Source: Candidatus Levyibacteriota bacterium (lineage in GTDB: Bacteria; Patescibacteriota; Microgenomatia; Levybacterales; UBA12049). From it: 64,000 nt of DNA. Of this stretch, positions 8,330 through 17,627 are shown piece by piece. Every line of letters begins with the position of its first letter. Position 1 is the first letter of the stretch. The stretch covers positions 530,915 to 594,914 of the forward strand of contig JACOXU010000001.1 of assembly GCA_016182185.1 (NCBI GenBank), in the 5' to 3' direction. The notes beneath the pieces were generated by a model that made no database searches, was not told where the DNA came from, and worked only from the letters and a program-made list of their open reading frames with translations. A program made the position numbers and the translations under genes.

Positions 8330-10630
8330 TTGATGTACGATAATATTATGGATAAAAAACTGATTGTTTGGTTCAAAGATGTTGATAAAAACGATATTGG
8401 ACTTGTGGGGGGAAAAGGCGCAAATTTGGGAGAGATGACCAAATCCGGTTTTCCAGTTCCTCAGGGATTTATTGTAACCTCAGAAGCTTATTATCAGTTT
8501 CTAAAAGAAAATGATTTGAGTCAAAAAATAAAAGATGTTCTTGAAAAAGTAAATTACGAAGACTCTAACGACCTAAATAGAGCTTCTCAGGAAGCAAAAA
8601 ATCTAATTATTCAAGGCAATATTTCTGAAGAGCTGAAAAATGAAGTAATTAATTCTTATAAAAAACTGATTGAAGAATTTCAGGGGGAGCTAGTTGCCGT
8701 CAGATCTTCTGCCACTGCCGAAGACTTGCCTAATGCTTCATTTGCGGGGCAACAGGAAACATTTTTAAACGTGAAAGGCGAGAAAAATTTATTGCAGAAA
8801 TTAAAAGAAGCTTGGGCATCTTTATTTGACGGGCGTGCTATTTTCTATAGACATGAAAACAGATTTGATCATTTCAAAGTAGGAATTGCGATTCCAGTTC
8901 AGAAAATGGTTGAGTCGGATGCCTCAGGCATTATGTTTACTCTTGATCCTGTTACAAATGATGATTCCAAAATTGTCATTGAGGCGATCTTCGGACTAGG
9001 AGAACTCATTGTCCAAGGAGCAGTAACCCCTGATCATTATGAGGTGGCCAAGGAATCAATGAATATTGCCAATAAAAAAATTTCGACTCAAACAGTACAA
9101 CTTATTAAAGAAGGTGACGTTGATAAAGAAGTCCAGATCGAGACCGAAAAGGGAAATTTACAGAAAATAACTGATGGACAGATTCTTAAACTGGCAGAAT
9201 TGGGGAAAAAGCTTGAAGAACATTATCAATTTCCTCAGGATAGTGAATGGGCTATAGAAAAAAATAATGTTTACCTGGTTCAAACACGACCAATAACTAC
9301 AATAAAATCTACCCAGGAAAAGAATGAAGAAGCATCTGAAAAAATAAATCTGACTGTAATTCTAAAGGGCGACCCGGCCAGCCCCGGAATCGCCTCAGGA
9401 CCTGTTAAAGTTCTTCAGAGCGCACAAGAGATTGACAAAGTAGTTGAAGGCGACGTTCTTGTCGCGCCCCAGACTAATCCTGATTTTGTTCCGGCTATGA
9501 AAAAGGCGGTCGCTATTGTTACAGACAAGGGCGGTCGAACTTCTCATGCGGCAATTGTCTCACGAGAAATCGGAATTCCGGCAGTTGTCGGGACAGCAGA
9601 AGCAACAGTAAAACTCAAGGAAGGCCTGGAGATTACTGTCAATGGCGCAACGGGCGAAATTTACGAGGGGTATTATAAGAAAAAAATAGATTCCCAAAAG
9701 ACAGAGTCGAATATTCAAACCAGAACAAAAGTTTATGTGAATTTGGGAGAACCAGAATTTGCAGACAAGATCGCAAAGCGTCATGTTGACGGAGTCGGAC
9801 TCTTAAGAGCAGAATTTATGATGGCAGGAATCGGAAAGCATCCCAAAAAATTTATCAATGAAGGCAAGCAAAATGAATTTATTGATAAACTTGCGGAGGG
9901 ACTTGAAAAATTCTGTCAAGTCTTCAATCCTCGTCCGGTTGTCTACAGAGCTTCGGATTTTAAGACTAATGAATACAGAAACCTTGAAGGAGGCTCTGAT
10001 TTTGAGCCAGAAGAACCAAATCCAATGCTTGGTTATAGAGGCGCTTATAGATATATAAAAGATCCGGATGTTTTCAAACTAGAACTTGAGGCAATCAAAA
10101 AGGTCAGAAACGAAAAAGGACTTAAAAATCTTTGGCTTATGATTCCCTTTGTCAGGACTGTCGATGAATTGATCAAGGTCAAAGAACTAGTTGAATCTTC
10201 AGATCTTAAAAGATCCCCGGATTTCAAACTCTGGATGATGGTGGAAATTCCCTCAAATGTAATTCTTCTTGAAGATTTTATAAAAGTCGGTGTCGATGGC
10301 GTGTCGGTTGGATCCAATGATTTAACCATGCTTGTCCTTGGAACTGATCGGGACAATAATCTGGTTGCCAAAGAATTTAATGAAGAAAACCAAGCAATTC
10401 TTTGGGCGCTTGAGAGAGTTGTTAAGACTACGCAGAAATACAATATTACCTCATCTCTTTGCGGACAGGCTGCCTCAACCTATCCTAGGCTCCTGGATAA
10501 ACTTGTTGATTGGGGCATAACCAGCGTCTCAGTTTCCCCTGATATGATAGACAAAACTCGGGAGCTAATTTCAGGCTTTGAAAAAGAATCAAATGGAAAT
10601 TTCTTCGGCAGATTATTTTCTAACACTTAA
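8330..10630 (+). CDS. ppsA: phosphoenolpyruvate synthase (pyruvate, water dikinase)
   Basis: 766 aa. GGKGANLGEM is the N-terminal ATP-grasp (PPDK_N) motif. GGRTSHAAIVSREIGIPAVVG is the phosphohistidine swivel domain. Ends with a C-terminal PEP-utilising TIM-barrel domain. Confidence 0.85.
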   Translation: MMYDNIMDKKLIVWFKDVDKNDIGLVGGKGANLGEMTKSGFPVPQGFIVTSEAYYQFLKENDLSQKIKDVLEKVNYEDSNDLNRASQEAKNLIIQGNISEELKNEVINSYKKLIEEFQGELVAVRSSATAEDLPNASFAGQQETFLNVKGEKNLLQKLKEAWASLFDGRAIFYRHENRFDHFKVGIAIPVQKMVESDASGIMFTLDPVTNDDSKIVIEAIFGLGELIVQGAVTPDHYEVAKESMNIANKKISTQTVQLIKEGDVDKEVQIETEKGNLQKITDGQILKLAELGKKLEEHYQFPQDSEWAIEKNNVYLVQTRPITTIKSTQEKNEEASEKINLTVILKGDPASPGIASGPVKVLQSAQEIDKVVEGDVLVAPQTNPDFVPAMKKAVAIVTDKGGRTSHAAIVSREIGIPAVVGTAEATVKLKEGLEITVNGATGEIYEGYYKKKIDSQKTESNIQTRTKVYVNLGEPEFADKIAKRHVDGVGLLRAEFMMAGIGKHPKKFINEGKQNEFIDKLAEGLEKFCQVFNPRPVVYRASDFKTNEYRNLEGGSDFEPEEPNPMLGYRGAYRYIKDPDVFKLELEAIKKVRNEKGLKNLWLMIPFVRTVDELIKVKELVESSDLKRSPDFKLWMMVEIPSNVILLEDFIKVGVDGVSVGSNDLTMLVLGTDRDNNLVAKEFNEENQAILWALERVVKTTQKYNITSSLCGQAASTYPRLLDKLVDWGITSVSVSPDMIDKTRELISGFEKESNGNFFGRLFSNT

Positions 10631-11862
10631 CTTGCGACATATTTAAGGATAAAAAGCGAATCTACAGAATCTACTCTTCCGTTTTTATCTACATCTGCCT
10701 GCGTTGCATTAATAGTATTTGATCCAGTTGAACATTTTGTTCCTGTTATTGATAGTTTTGCAACATAACGCTGAACTAAAAGAGCATCAACAGAGGTAAT
10801 CGATCCATCACAGTTTACATCTCCTCCGGTTGAAAAAAGAGCGCTGGTGCTATTTATGACCGCTCCACTTCCACAAGTATTGCTAGTTGGAGTACGCATA
10901 ATAAATTGATAGGTTCTCGTGGTTGGAAAAGCAATTTGTTTTGTACCAGAATTACCGCTTGCAAAAAATGCTTCGCCTGAACCGCTTGATGTGCATATAT
11001 AAGCACTCGGATAACCAGACGTGCTCCAGCTGATGGTTGACGTACAGGATGTACCTGAAATAACAAGACAGGGATTATGAGATATTCTAATACTTGCAGT
11101 AGGAACGGGTGTAGGAGTAGGTGTAGAAGTTGGGGTTGAAGCTATGTAGCTTACTGGGGTATCTATAGTTCCTCCAAGTTCTTGCGCCCAATACCAACCG
11201 AAGGTAGAATTGGGATTATATGCTCGGTAAAATCCAACAGCCGTGTAATTTGGGTTTAATAAATTTGCATTATGCCCTGGTGATCCTTTCCAAGCTTCAA
11301 GAGCCTCGGATCCTGTTTGAGACCCTGATGCCAAATTTTCTCCTCTCCATGTATTAAAAGTATATCCGAAATCGCTTTGTCTTTTAAAGGGATCGCGACC
11401 TAGCGAATCTGTATGTGAAAAATAATTTTTGGAAGCCATATCATTTGCCATCCACTTAGCAACCTCTGTTAATATTAGGGATGGTGTCAAAACAGATAAT
11501 CCTTTTTGCGCTCTGTAGTTATTGAAAAGTGCTAATAAATTTATAATTTCAGAGTCAACAGTATAATTCTGTGCTGGTGCGATTCCCGAACCAGAAACAA
11601 GCGATTTTGGAGCGATAGGCTGACTGCTTGAGGGAGCAACAGAGTAAGATGTGCCCACATTGGAAGTAATTGCCGCTTTCGGATTAAAAATTAAATATGT
11701 GCTTACAATTGATGGGGTTGCAACGGCAATAAGAATAATAGATACTATAAATAATCTGCTGAGCCCATCAAGAGAAAGAAACCATTCCCATATTAACTTG
11801 AATAAATTTCGTTGTCTGGAAGTTTTTTCGTGCTTGGAATCTATGGAAACAATTTTGGCCAT
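10627..11862 (-). CDS. membrane-anchored CAP/SCP (PR-1-like) domain protein with C-terminal type I dockerin
   Basis: Signal anchor. The CAP domain shows the C-terminal signature LEAWKGSPGHNANLLNPNYTAVGFY, with AQKGLSVL near its start. TPTSTPTPTPVPT linker. C-terminal double calcium-loop dockerin: DVNCDGSITSVDALLVQRYV ... DVDKNGRVDSVDSLFILKYV. Confidence 0.7.
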   Translation of the reverse strand: MAKIVSIDSKHEKTSRQRNLFKLIWEWFLSLDGLSRLFIVSIILIAVATPSIVSTYLIFNPKAAITSNVGTSYSVAPSSSQPIAPKSLVSGSGIAPAQNYTVDSEIINLLALFNNYRAQKGLSVLTPSLILTEVAKWMANDMASKNYFSHTDSLGRDPFKRQSDFGYTFNTWRGENLASGSQTGSEALEAWKGSPGHNANLLNPNYTAVGFYRAYNPNSTFGWYWAQELGGTIDTPVSYIASTPTSTPTPTPVPTASIRISHNPCLVISGTSCTSTISWSTSGYPSAYICTSSGSGEAFFASGNSGTKQIAFPTTRTYQFIMRTPTSNTCGSGAVINSTSALFSTGGDVNCDGSITSVDALLVQRYVAKLSITGTKCSTGSNTINATQADVDKNGRVDSVDSLFILKYVAS

Positions 11863-11950
11863 TTGTACTTAAATTAGTGTGGCTCAAAAAAAAATTAATG
11901 TCAAGTTAAGCTTGACAGCAGAATTAAAGAGTGTTAGCGTTTAATTATAG

Positions 11951-12445
11951 ATGAAGTTATTCAAATCTGCAGATAACTTTACCAAAATATTCGTTATTAC
12001 TGTGGTCCTGATTATCATCGCTACTCCGTTTATAGTCAGTCAATACCAAAATTCTAAACAGGAGGCAAAAGGTAATGATCCAGGTATTGTTACTGATGAA
12101 AATGGTTGTGTTTCAAAAGTCATCTTTAGCAATATTCCTATAAATCCCGGTCAGACAATAGAATACAGTCTCAATTATTGTCTTGATTATCCGGAAGGCG
12201 CATACATGGGTTGGGTATTTTGGCGACAGCAGCAAAGGGGTCCGACTAAATACCTGACACTGACTGTAACTTCTCCCACAGGATTAACATGGACTCAGAG
12301 AAATGATACGGGATCAGGCGTGGGCTGGTGGGACTATGTTGCAAATCCTAAAGGAGTCTGGAAATATTCTGTAAAAAGCGAGGGTGCAATAAAAACTATG
12401 TACGATATCAATTTAGCAGCCATAGGACGCGAAATTCCTCAATAA
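11951..12445 (+). CDS. small membrane-anchored exported protein (paralog of 12502..13011)
   Basis: 164 aa. N-terminus FKSADNFTKIFVITVVLIIIATPFIVSQYQN has the same anchor motif as three other proteins here. The extracellular domain is Trp/Gly-rich. Confidence 0.5.
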   Translation: MKLFKSADNFTKIFVITVVLIIIATPFIVSQYQNSKQEAKGNDPGIVTDENGCVSKVIFSNIPINPGQTIEYSLNYCLDYPEGAYMGWVFWRQQQRGPTKYLTLTVTSPTGLTWTQRNDTGSGVGWWDYVANPKGVWKYSVKSEGAIKTMYDINLAAIGREIPQ

Positions 12446-12501
12446 AACCTCTAAACCTTCTTGCTTGACAAATATCTTCTTTTTATCTAGTCTTAAATAA
12501 A

Positions 12502-13011
12502 ATGGCAGAAATTTTGTCAACCGGCTCACCTGAGGAGACCATGCAAAAAGAGGGATTTCTGAAATCCATCTCAGAGTCCTTCAAGTCTCTTGATCGTTTC
12601 ACCAAAGGATTTATATTTACAACTCTTTTATTAATAGTGGTTACCCCGTTTATAGTCAATCAATATTTAAATACTCTTCAGGAAGCAGCCGGAACCGGAA
12701 AGGATAATCTAGTCACCGCGATATCTGTTGCTGCTAATTCAGGCGGAAGTGTCACTTTTAATGTAACCAGATCAATACCATACGACAAAGAAACAATCTG
12801 GGTCACTAATCAATGCTGGAATAAAGATGACAAGTTAGTCCAGGATCAAGACGGTGCAGTTGCCTGGGGCACAACTCAGAGTCTTACCGGTACAACATCC
12901 CCACTTCCCACTGCAGGAGGTGTTAGGTGCACCGCCTATGTAACTCTACGACCCTGGCAAGACAAACCTTTAGGTGATAGTATTATTAATTACACTCCTG
13001 ACAGTCAATAG
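12502..13011 (+). CDS. small membrane-anchored exported protein (paralog of 11951..12445)
   Basis: 169 aa. FKSLDRFTKGFIFTTLLLIVVTPFIVNQYLN anchor motif. Tandem with its paralog. Confidence 0.5.
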   Translation: MAEILSTGSPEETMQKEGFLKSISESFKSLDRFTKGFIFTTLLLIVVTPFIVNQYLNTLQEAAGTGKDNLVTAISVAANSGGSVTFNVTRSIPYDKETIWVTNQCWNKDDKLVQDQDGAVAWGTTQSLTGTTSPLPTAGGVRCTAYVTLRPWQDKPLGDSIINYTPDSQ

Positions 13012-13303
13012 GGGCATCCGCAGTAAGTTGACTTTTACCAAAAACGTATGATATTTTTTTTATATTGATGCAGGAAAAATTACGGGAAAATAATTTGAAT
13101 CCTCATTATGCAGATCGAGGAGGTCATGGAGCAAGACATGATTTTTGGAAAAACGTAAGAAATGAATACGGACGAGTAGGTGAACTTCCCAAGGAAATAG
13201 CCTGGATTATTGTAAGAAATATGAGGCGCGATCCGCGAAGCGGAAGATAAATTACTCTCCTCTTTCTTCATAAAACTGACAATATATGGTATAACTACTC
13301 CGT

Positions 13304-13696
13304 ATGAAATACAATTTTTTGACGTCAGAGGAAAAAAGAGTAATTGAGAATGGGGCAACGGAGACTCCTTTCAGCGGAGAGTATGATGATTTTTATAAAG
13401 ACGGAGTTTTTATTTGCAGAAGGTGTGATGCTCCCCTTTTTTCTTCCAAAAGTAAATTTGACTCAGGATGCGGCTGGCCATCCTTTGATGAAAATTATCC
13501 TAATGCGGTCGAAAGGCTATCTGATCCGGATGGAATAAGAACTGAGATAAGATGCGCAAATTGCGATGGTCATTTGGGACATGTTTTTGAGGGAGAAAAA
13601 ATGACGGAAAAAGATACGAGGCACTGCGTTAATTCTTTATCAATCCGCTTTATTCCTCGTGGAGACAATTTACCGGAGGTGATTTATGAAAAATAA
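13304..13696 (+). CDS. msrB: peptide-methionine (R)-S-oxide reductase MsrB
   Basis: SelR domain. CxxC zinc pairs (CRRCDAPLF ... CANCDGHLGHVF) and the catalytic GCGWPSF motif. Confidence 0.9.
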   Translation: MKYNFLTSEEKRVIENGATETPFSGEYDDFYKDGVFICRRCDAPLFSSKSKFDSGCGWPSFDENYPNAVERLSDPDGIRTEIRCANCDGHLGHVFEGEKMTEKDTRHCVNSLSIRFIPRGDNLPEVIYEK

Positions 13697-14243
13697 ATTT
13701 GATACTGCAACTTTCGCCGGCGGATGTTTCTGGTGTACAGAGGCAATTTACAAAAGATTAAAAGGCGTTGAGTCAGTAACTCCGGGTTATACAGGCGGCC
13801 GTTTAGAAAATCCCTCATATGATACAGTCTGCCAAGGTAATACCGATCATGCTGAGGCAATTCAAATCGAATTTAATCCATTAATTATCTCATTTGAAAA
13901 ACTTCTCGATATTTTCTGGCATACCCATAATCCCACAACTTTAAATCAACAGGGAAACGATATAGGCACACAATACCGTTCTGAAATCTTTTATCATAAT
14001 GGGTCTCAAAAAGATATCGCTGAAAAATCAAAAAAAGAATTAGAAAAAACCCGTATTTACAAAGACCCTATTGTTACCAAAATAAGTCAGTTGACAAAAT
14101 TTTACCCTGCCGAGAGCTATCATATTAATTACTATGATAAAAATAAATCAGCTCCTTATTGTAATTTTATAATTGAGCCCAAGATTCAAAAACTCCTTAA
14201 AGAATACAGCCAGGATGTAAAAGATGAATATAAGGACGCGTAG
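13686..14243 (+). CDS. msrA: peptide-methionine (S)-S-oxide reductase MsrA
   Basis: FAGGCFWCTEAIY is the MsrA active-site GCFWC motif. Overlaps the msrB stop (operon). Confidence 0.9.
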   Translation: MKNKFDTATFAGGCFWCTEAIYKRLKGVESVTPGYTGGRLENPSYDTVCQGNTDHAEAIQIEFNPLIISFEKLLDIFWHTHNPTTLNQQGNDIGTQYRSEIFYHNGSQKDIAEKSKKELEKTRIYKDPIVTKISQLTKFYPAESYHINYYDKNKSAPYCNFIIEPKIQKLLKEYSQDVKDEYKDA

Positions 14244-14250
14244 AAATTGT

Positions 14251-14919
14251 TTATTTTTTTCCTAAATAAAATACAAAGAAATAGCCGTTGGCCGCCCCGC
14301 AACCGAAATTCCATTTTGGGTCAAGCAAGTTTTCTCTATGCCCCGCTGTTGATTTAGCCCATCCCTCATTGATTGCGTATTCTGGCGGTTGCTTAGCGCT
14401 TGACTGGAAAATAACCTCTCCCATTGCATTAAATTCAGCTTGAGATGAAAAAAATTTATTAAAACCTGCATGATTATCAAGGCTTCCATGCGCAATTAAT
14501 TCATCTAATCTTTTCAGTGCAATCTGGCACAAACTTTCACTCGATGCTAAAGGCGAAACTCCATTTGCGTTTCTGAAGGCATTTACCGCGGTTAATAAAC
14601 TTGATTCACTCTGAGGTGCGCTTGTCGGAACAACTGTTGGAAAAGGGGGTGGGGCTTGAGTCGGAAAAATGATTTGAGGAGTAGGCATTGGAGTAATTAT
14701 TTTTATCGTAGGGGCTGGCGTAACTGGAATAAGTGTGGGAGAAGATTTAATTTCTGATTTTGCGATTATTAGATTTTTTTCTAAATTTTCTTCCTGAGCA
14801 AAAACCGAAACCACCGAAAAAACAATAATTAATAGGGCAGCTGAGGTAATCTTGGGGAATTTTAAGAGGGAAAATTTTGTTTTTTGAAGCAACTTTAGTA
14901 ATTTATCTTTCTCCATCAA
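14251..14919 (-). CDS. secreted CAP/SCP-like (YkwD-type) domain protein
   Basis: Signal peptide and a PT-rich spacer (PTIKIITPMPTPQIIFPTQAPPPFPTVVPT). The CAP core LLTAVNAFRNANGVSPL...GHRENLLDPKWNFGCG. Confidence 0.6.
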   Translation of the reverse strand: MMEKDKLLKLLQKTKFSLLKFPKITSAALLIIVFSVVSVFAQEENLEKNLIIAKSEIKSSPTLIPVTPAPTIKIITPMPTPQIIFPTQAPPPFPTVVPTSAPQSESSLLTAVNAFRNANGVSPLASSESLCQIALKRLDELIAHGSLDNHAGFNKFFSSQAEFNAMGEVIFQSSAKQPPEYAINEGWAKSTAGHRENLLDPKWNFGCGAANGYFFVFYLGKK

Positions 14920-14980
14920 AATCGGGCATAAACTATTTTAACCACAGATAAAAATTTTTGCAAGGGAACGAAGATAATCT

Positions 14981-15754
14981 CTATTTTTGATCCCAGATGA
15001 TGTACGTAAATAACTTGTGTCCGCCGCCGAAATCACGCTCAAATAATGCGATTCGTCCGTTATCCTTAAGGAGCTTTCCCCAGTCGCTTCGATTAGGAAA
15101 TTCTCCCAGCGCAAAAGCTCGCCGCAAAGTTGATTTCGCTGTTGTTAAGCTGTCGAGATGAGAGTATATCAGATCGAGCTGGTCGTAATCATGCTGATTT
15201 GGGTGTTGATTCGGCACAGGATCACTTGAATAATCCATGCAGGTTCCAAGCGGCGGATTTTCAAAAATTTCATCCTGGTGATCAAGTCCTAATGTATGAC
15301 CTATTTCCTGACACATGACAAGATTCTTCCAGGCAGATGTATTATAGGTTGATGTATTAAAATATGTATCATTTGCTTTCACAACCCCTTGATAGATATG
15401 ACCATTGTTTACCCAGATTTGCGCAAGCCCAAGCCATCCGTTTCTGCCGTATCTGTAATTACAAACTTCGACTCGGCCATTAGTCGGACGGCAGCGTCTT
15501 GCATTCGTTCCACCGGCAACAATACTCGTATCAAGGACGGATGATATGCTCCAGTCAGAAGATGAAGTATTAAGATATGAATCCCAGGCAAGAGACACAT
15601 TGTCTCCAAGTCTTAAATTAAATGGGTTACCTGTTCGCGCCCAATGATAATTTCCCCATGAATGATTAGCATTTACGGTTGAAGAACCGAAAATTAAAAG
15701 GAAGAAAAACCCAACAGTTGTAGTGAATAAGATACTGCTAATTATTTTATACAC
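14981..15754 (-). CDS. secreted metzincin-like protein with degenerate zinc motif (QEIGHTLGLDH)
   Basis: Signal anchor plus about 230 aa. The motif CQEIGHTLGLDHQDE fits HExxHxxGxxH of matrixin/snapalysin-type metalloproteases except that the first His is Gln. Confidence 0.45.
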   Translation of the reverse strand: MYKIISSILFTTTVGFFFLLIFGSSTVNANHSWGNYHWARTGNPFNLRLGDNVSLAWDSYLNTSSSDWSISSVLDTSIVAGGTNARRCRPTNGRVEVCNYRYGRNGWLGLAQIWVNNGHIYQGVVKANDTYFNTSTYNTSAWKNLVMCQEIGHTLGLDHQDEIFENPPLGTCMDYSSDPVPNQHPNQHDYDQLDLIYSHLDSLTTAKSTLRRAFALGEFPNRSDWGKLLKDNGRIALFERDFGGGHKLFTYIIWDQK

Positions 15755-15829
15755 TATCTATTGAGATTAGCAAAATACAATTATCTGTGTCAAGAGGAAA
15801 CTCTTTTTGCCTAGTGGTAAAATAAAAAT

Positions 15830-16099
15830 ATGAAGAGATGGTCAGGGGAAGTTACCAAAACAAGCATAGCTCTGGATCTTGAAAAAGGTGTGTTTACCTG
15901 GGGTAATCCAAAGAAAATAGCTCAAAGTCTTAAGCGCTCAGCTGAAGAAAGTACGAGAAGAAAAGCCGATCCCTTTCAGTCTGCAATGTCTATGCTCAAC
16001 TTCTATATAAACCGCGCCGGTAAAAATCTTAAGCCTGAAAGAAGAAAAATACTTAACCAGACAAAGGAAGAACTCAGAAAATTATTCAAAAGGACTTAA
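15830..16099 (+). CDS. DUF3175 family protein
   Basis: 89 aa. KRWSGEVTKTSIALDLEKGVF...PKKIAQSLKRSAE...DPFQSAMSMLNFYINRAGKNL matches the DUF3175 consensus. Confidence 0.65.
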   Translation: MKRWSGEVTKTSIALDLEKGVFTWGNPKKIAQSLKRSAEESTRRKADPFQSAMSMLNFYINRAGKNLKPERRKILNQTKEELRKLFKRT

Positions 16100-16123
16100 A
16101 AGGCAGATGGGCAGGAATTTTTA

Positions 16124-16690
16124 TTAAGGTCTTCTGCTATTTTCTTTTGCTCCTTCGCTTGTTGACTGACCAAAGCTCTGACCATCCTCCTTAGCCGAAT
16201 CAGGTTGTGATTCTGTTACAGCTTGACCAAAACTGGCACTTTCATTTACACCAACACTAACCTCACTGTTAATCGGACCGTGTTCGTTTAAAACTATTTC
16301 TCCCCCTGAGGCAAGAGCGACAGAATTATCGACTGCGACTTGAGGAATTAAGGTTGGCATTGTTTTATCAGATTTAGTGTTTTCTGCTTGAATTCTAGTT
16401 GTCTCTTGAGTTTCAAGATTTGCCTTTACTTTTACACTAATAGATTGTCCTAGGTTTTCTCCGCCGTTGCTTGGGCTCTCTGGCGTTTGATCCTCTACAA
16501 TTGCTATAGAATCAATATCTTCTGATTGTTGAAAATTGGAATTTTGCGGATCAAGATTTTTGGCCGCTTCAGAAGTCATCCCTCCTCTTAAGGAAACTTC
16601 CTGTTGAGTCTGAGGAGGAAGATTTGCCGGTTTACCGCTTTGAACAAAAGCAGTAATCAACGTCATTAAGCTAGCTAAAAATTCTACCAT
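16124..16690 (-). CDS. secreted low-complexity (Q/S/E-rich) protein
   Basis: N-terminal hydrophobic signal then a compositionally biased sequence. Codon usage is consistent with coding. Confidence 0.35.
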   Translation of the reverse strand: MVEFLASLMTLITAFVQSGKPANLPPQTQQEVSLRGGMTSEAAKNLDPQNSNFQQSEDIDSIAIVEDQTPESPSNGGENLGQSISVKVKANLETQETTRIQAENTKSDKTMPTLIPQVAVDNSVALASGGEIVLNEHGPINSEVSVGVNESASFGQAVTESQPDSAKEDGQSFGQSTSEGAKENSRRP

Positions 16691-16825
16691 CTATATTCAC
16701 CTCCCTTCTTATATATAAGACCGAAGCTCGATAAATTCGTAACAAAAACCCTGCCGAAGGCAGGAGTGGACGGAATTATAGCCAATTCAGGAATAAAAAT
16801 CAAATACTATGTTAAACTAAAATCT

Positions 16826-17599
16826 ATGGACTATCTTCAATCAATATTACTTGGCATTGTTGAGGGTGCGACAGAATTTTTACCTATCTCATCAACCGGG
16901 CATCTTATTCTTACCTCTGATGTTCTTAAAATTCCTCAAACAGACTTTGTTAAAAGTTTTGAAATTTTTATTCAATTGGGAGCAATTTTGGCAATTGTTT
17001 TTCTTTATGCCAAAACTTTTTTAACAAATAGAGATGTCTTATTGAGAATTTGCATCGCCTTTCTACCAACTGTATTTATGGGACTTGCCTTTTATAAAAT
17101 TGTGAAAGACTTCTTAATCGGCAACACCTCGATTACCCTGCTGGCATTATCTCTCGGCGGAATTATTCTTATTTTCCTTGAGATTTTATATAAAGAAAAA
17201 GATCATCATGCGGATCGAATTGAAAAATTAAATCTAAAACAATCATTTTTAATCGGTCTTTGCCAGTCAGTAGCTCTTATTCCCGGTGTTTCAAGGGCAG
17301 CCGCAACAATTATTGGCGGACTTTTCTTAGGTGCCAAGAGAAAGACAGCAGTCGAGTTCTCTTTTCTTCTTGCAGTTCCTACTATGCTTGCTGCAACCGG
17401 ACTTGATCTTGTCAAAGGTAATCTAAGCTTTAATCAAAAAGAGTTCTTATTGCTTCTAGTCGGTTTCGTAACATCATTTATAGTGGCTCTTCTCTCAGTT
17501 AAATTTCTCTTGAGATTTATCAAAACACATAATTTTATTCCTTTTGGGATCTACAGAATTCTTCTTGCTCTCCTCTTCTGGCTATTGATAATGAAATAG
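16826..17599 (+). CDS. uppP: undecaprenyl-diphosphate phosphatase
   Basis: MDYLQSILLGIVEGATEFLPISSTGHLIL is the UppP/BacA N-terminal signature. Multi-TM protein. The track ORF starts 60 nt upstream at a GTG (16766), but the family N-terminus begins at this ATG. Confidence 0.8.
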   Translation: MDYLQSILLGIVEGATEFLPISSTGHLILTSDVLKIPQTDFVKSFEIFIQLGAILAIVFLYAKTFLTNRDVLLRICIAFLPTVFMGLAFYKIVKDFLIGNTSITLLALSLGGIILIFLEILYKEKDHHADRIEKLNLKQSFLIGLCQSVALIPGVSRAAATIIGGLFLGAKRKTAVEFSFLLAVPTMLAATGLDLVKGNLSFNQKEFLLLLVGFVTSFIVALLSVKFLLRFIKTHNFIPFGIYRILLALLFWLLIMK

Positions 17600-17627
17600 A
17601 TCTTAAATTTATTGTGGTATATTAAAA

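Noticed and set aside
13065-13250. 61-aa ORF (MMQEKLRENNLNPHYADRGGHGARHDFW...) in the 290-nt gap before msrB
   Set aside because: It could be a real small protein because its composition is coding-like. However there is no recognisable motif, and an overlapping antisense ORF of similar length exists, so it is left uncalled.
16741-16766. Hairpin ccctgccgaaggcagg followed by a GTG at 16766 used by the ORF track as the uppP start
   Set aside because: The hairpin is not downstream of any gene end, so it is not a terminator. The UppP family N-terminus begins at the ATG at 16826, so the GTG extension is probably untranslated leader.
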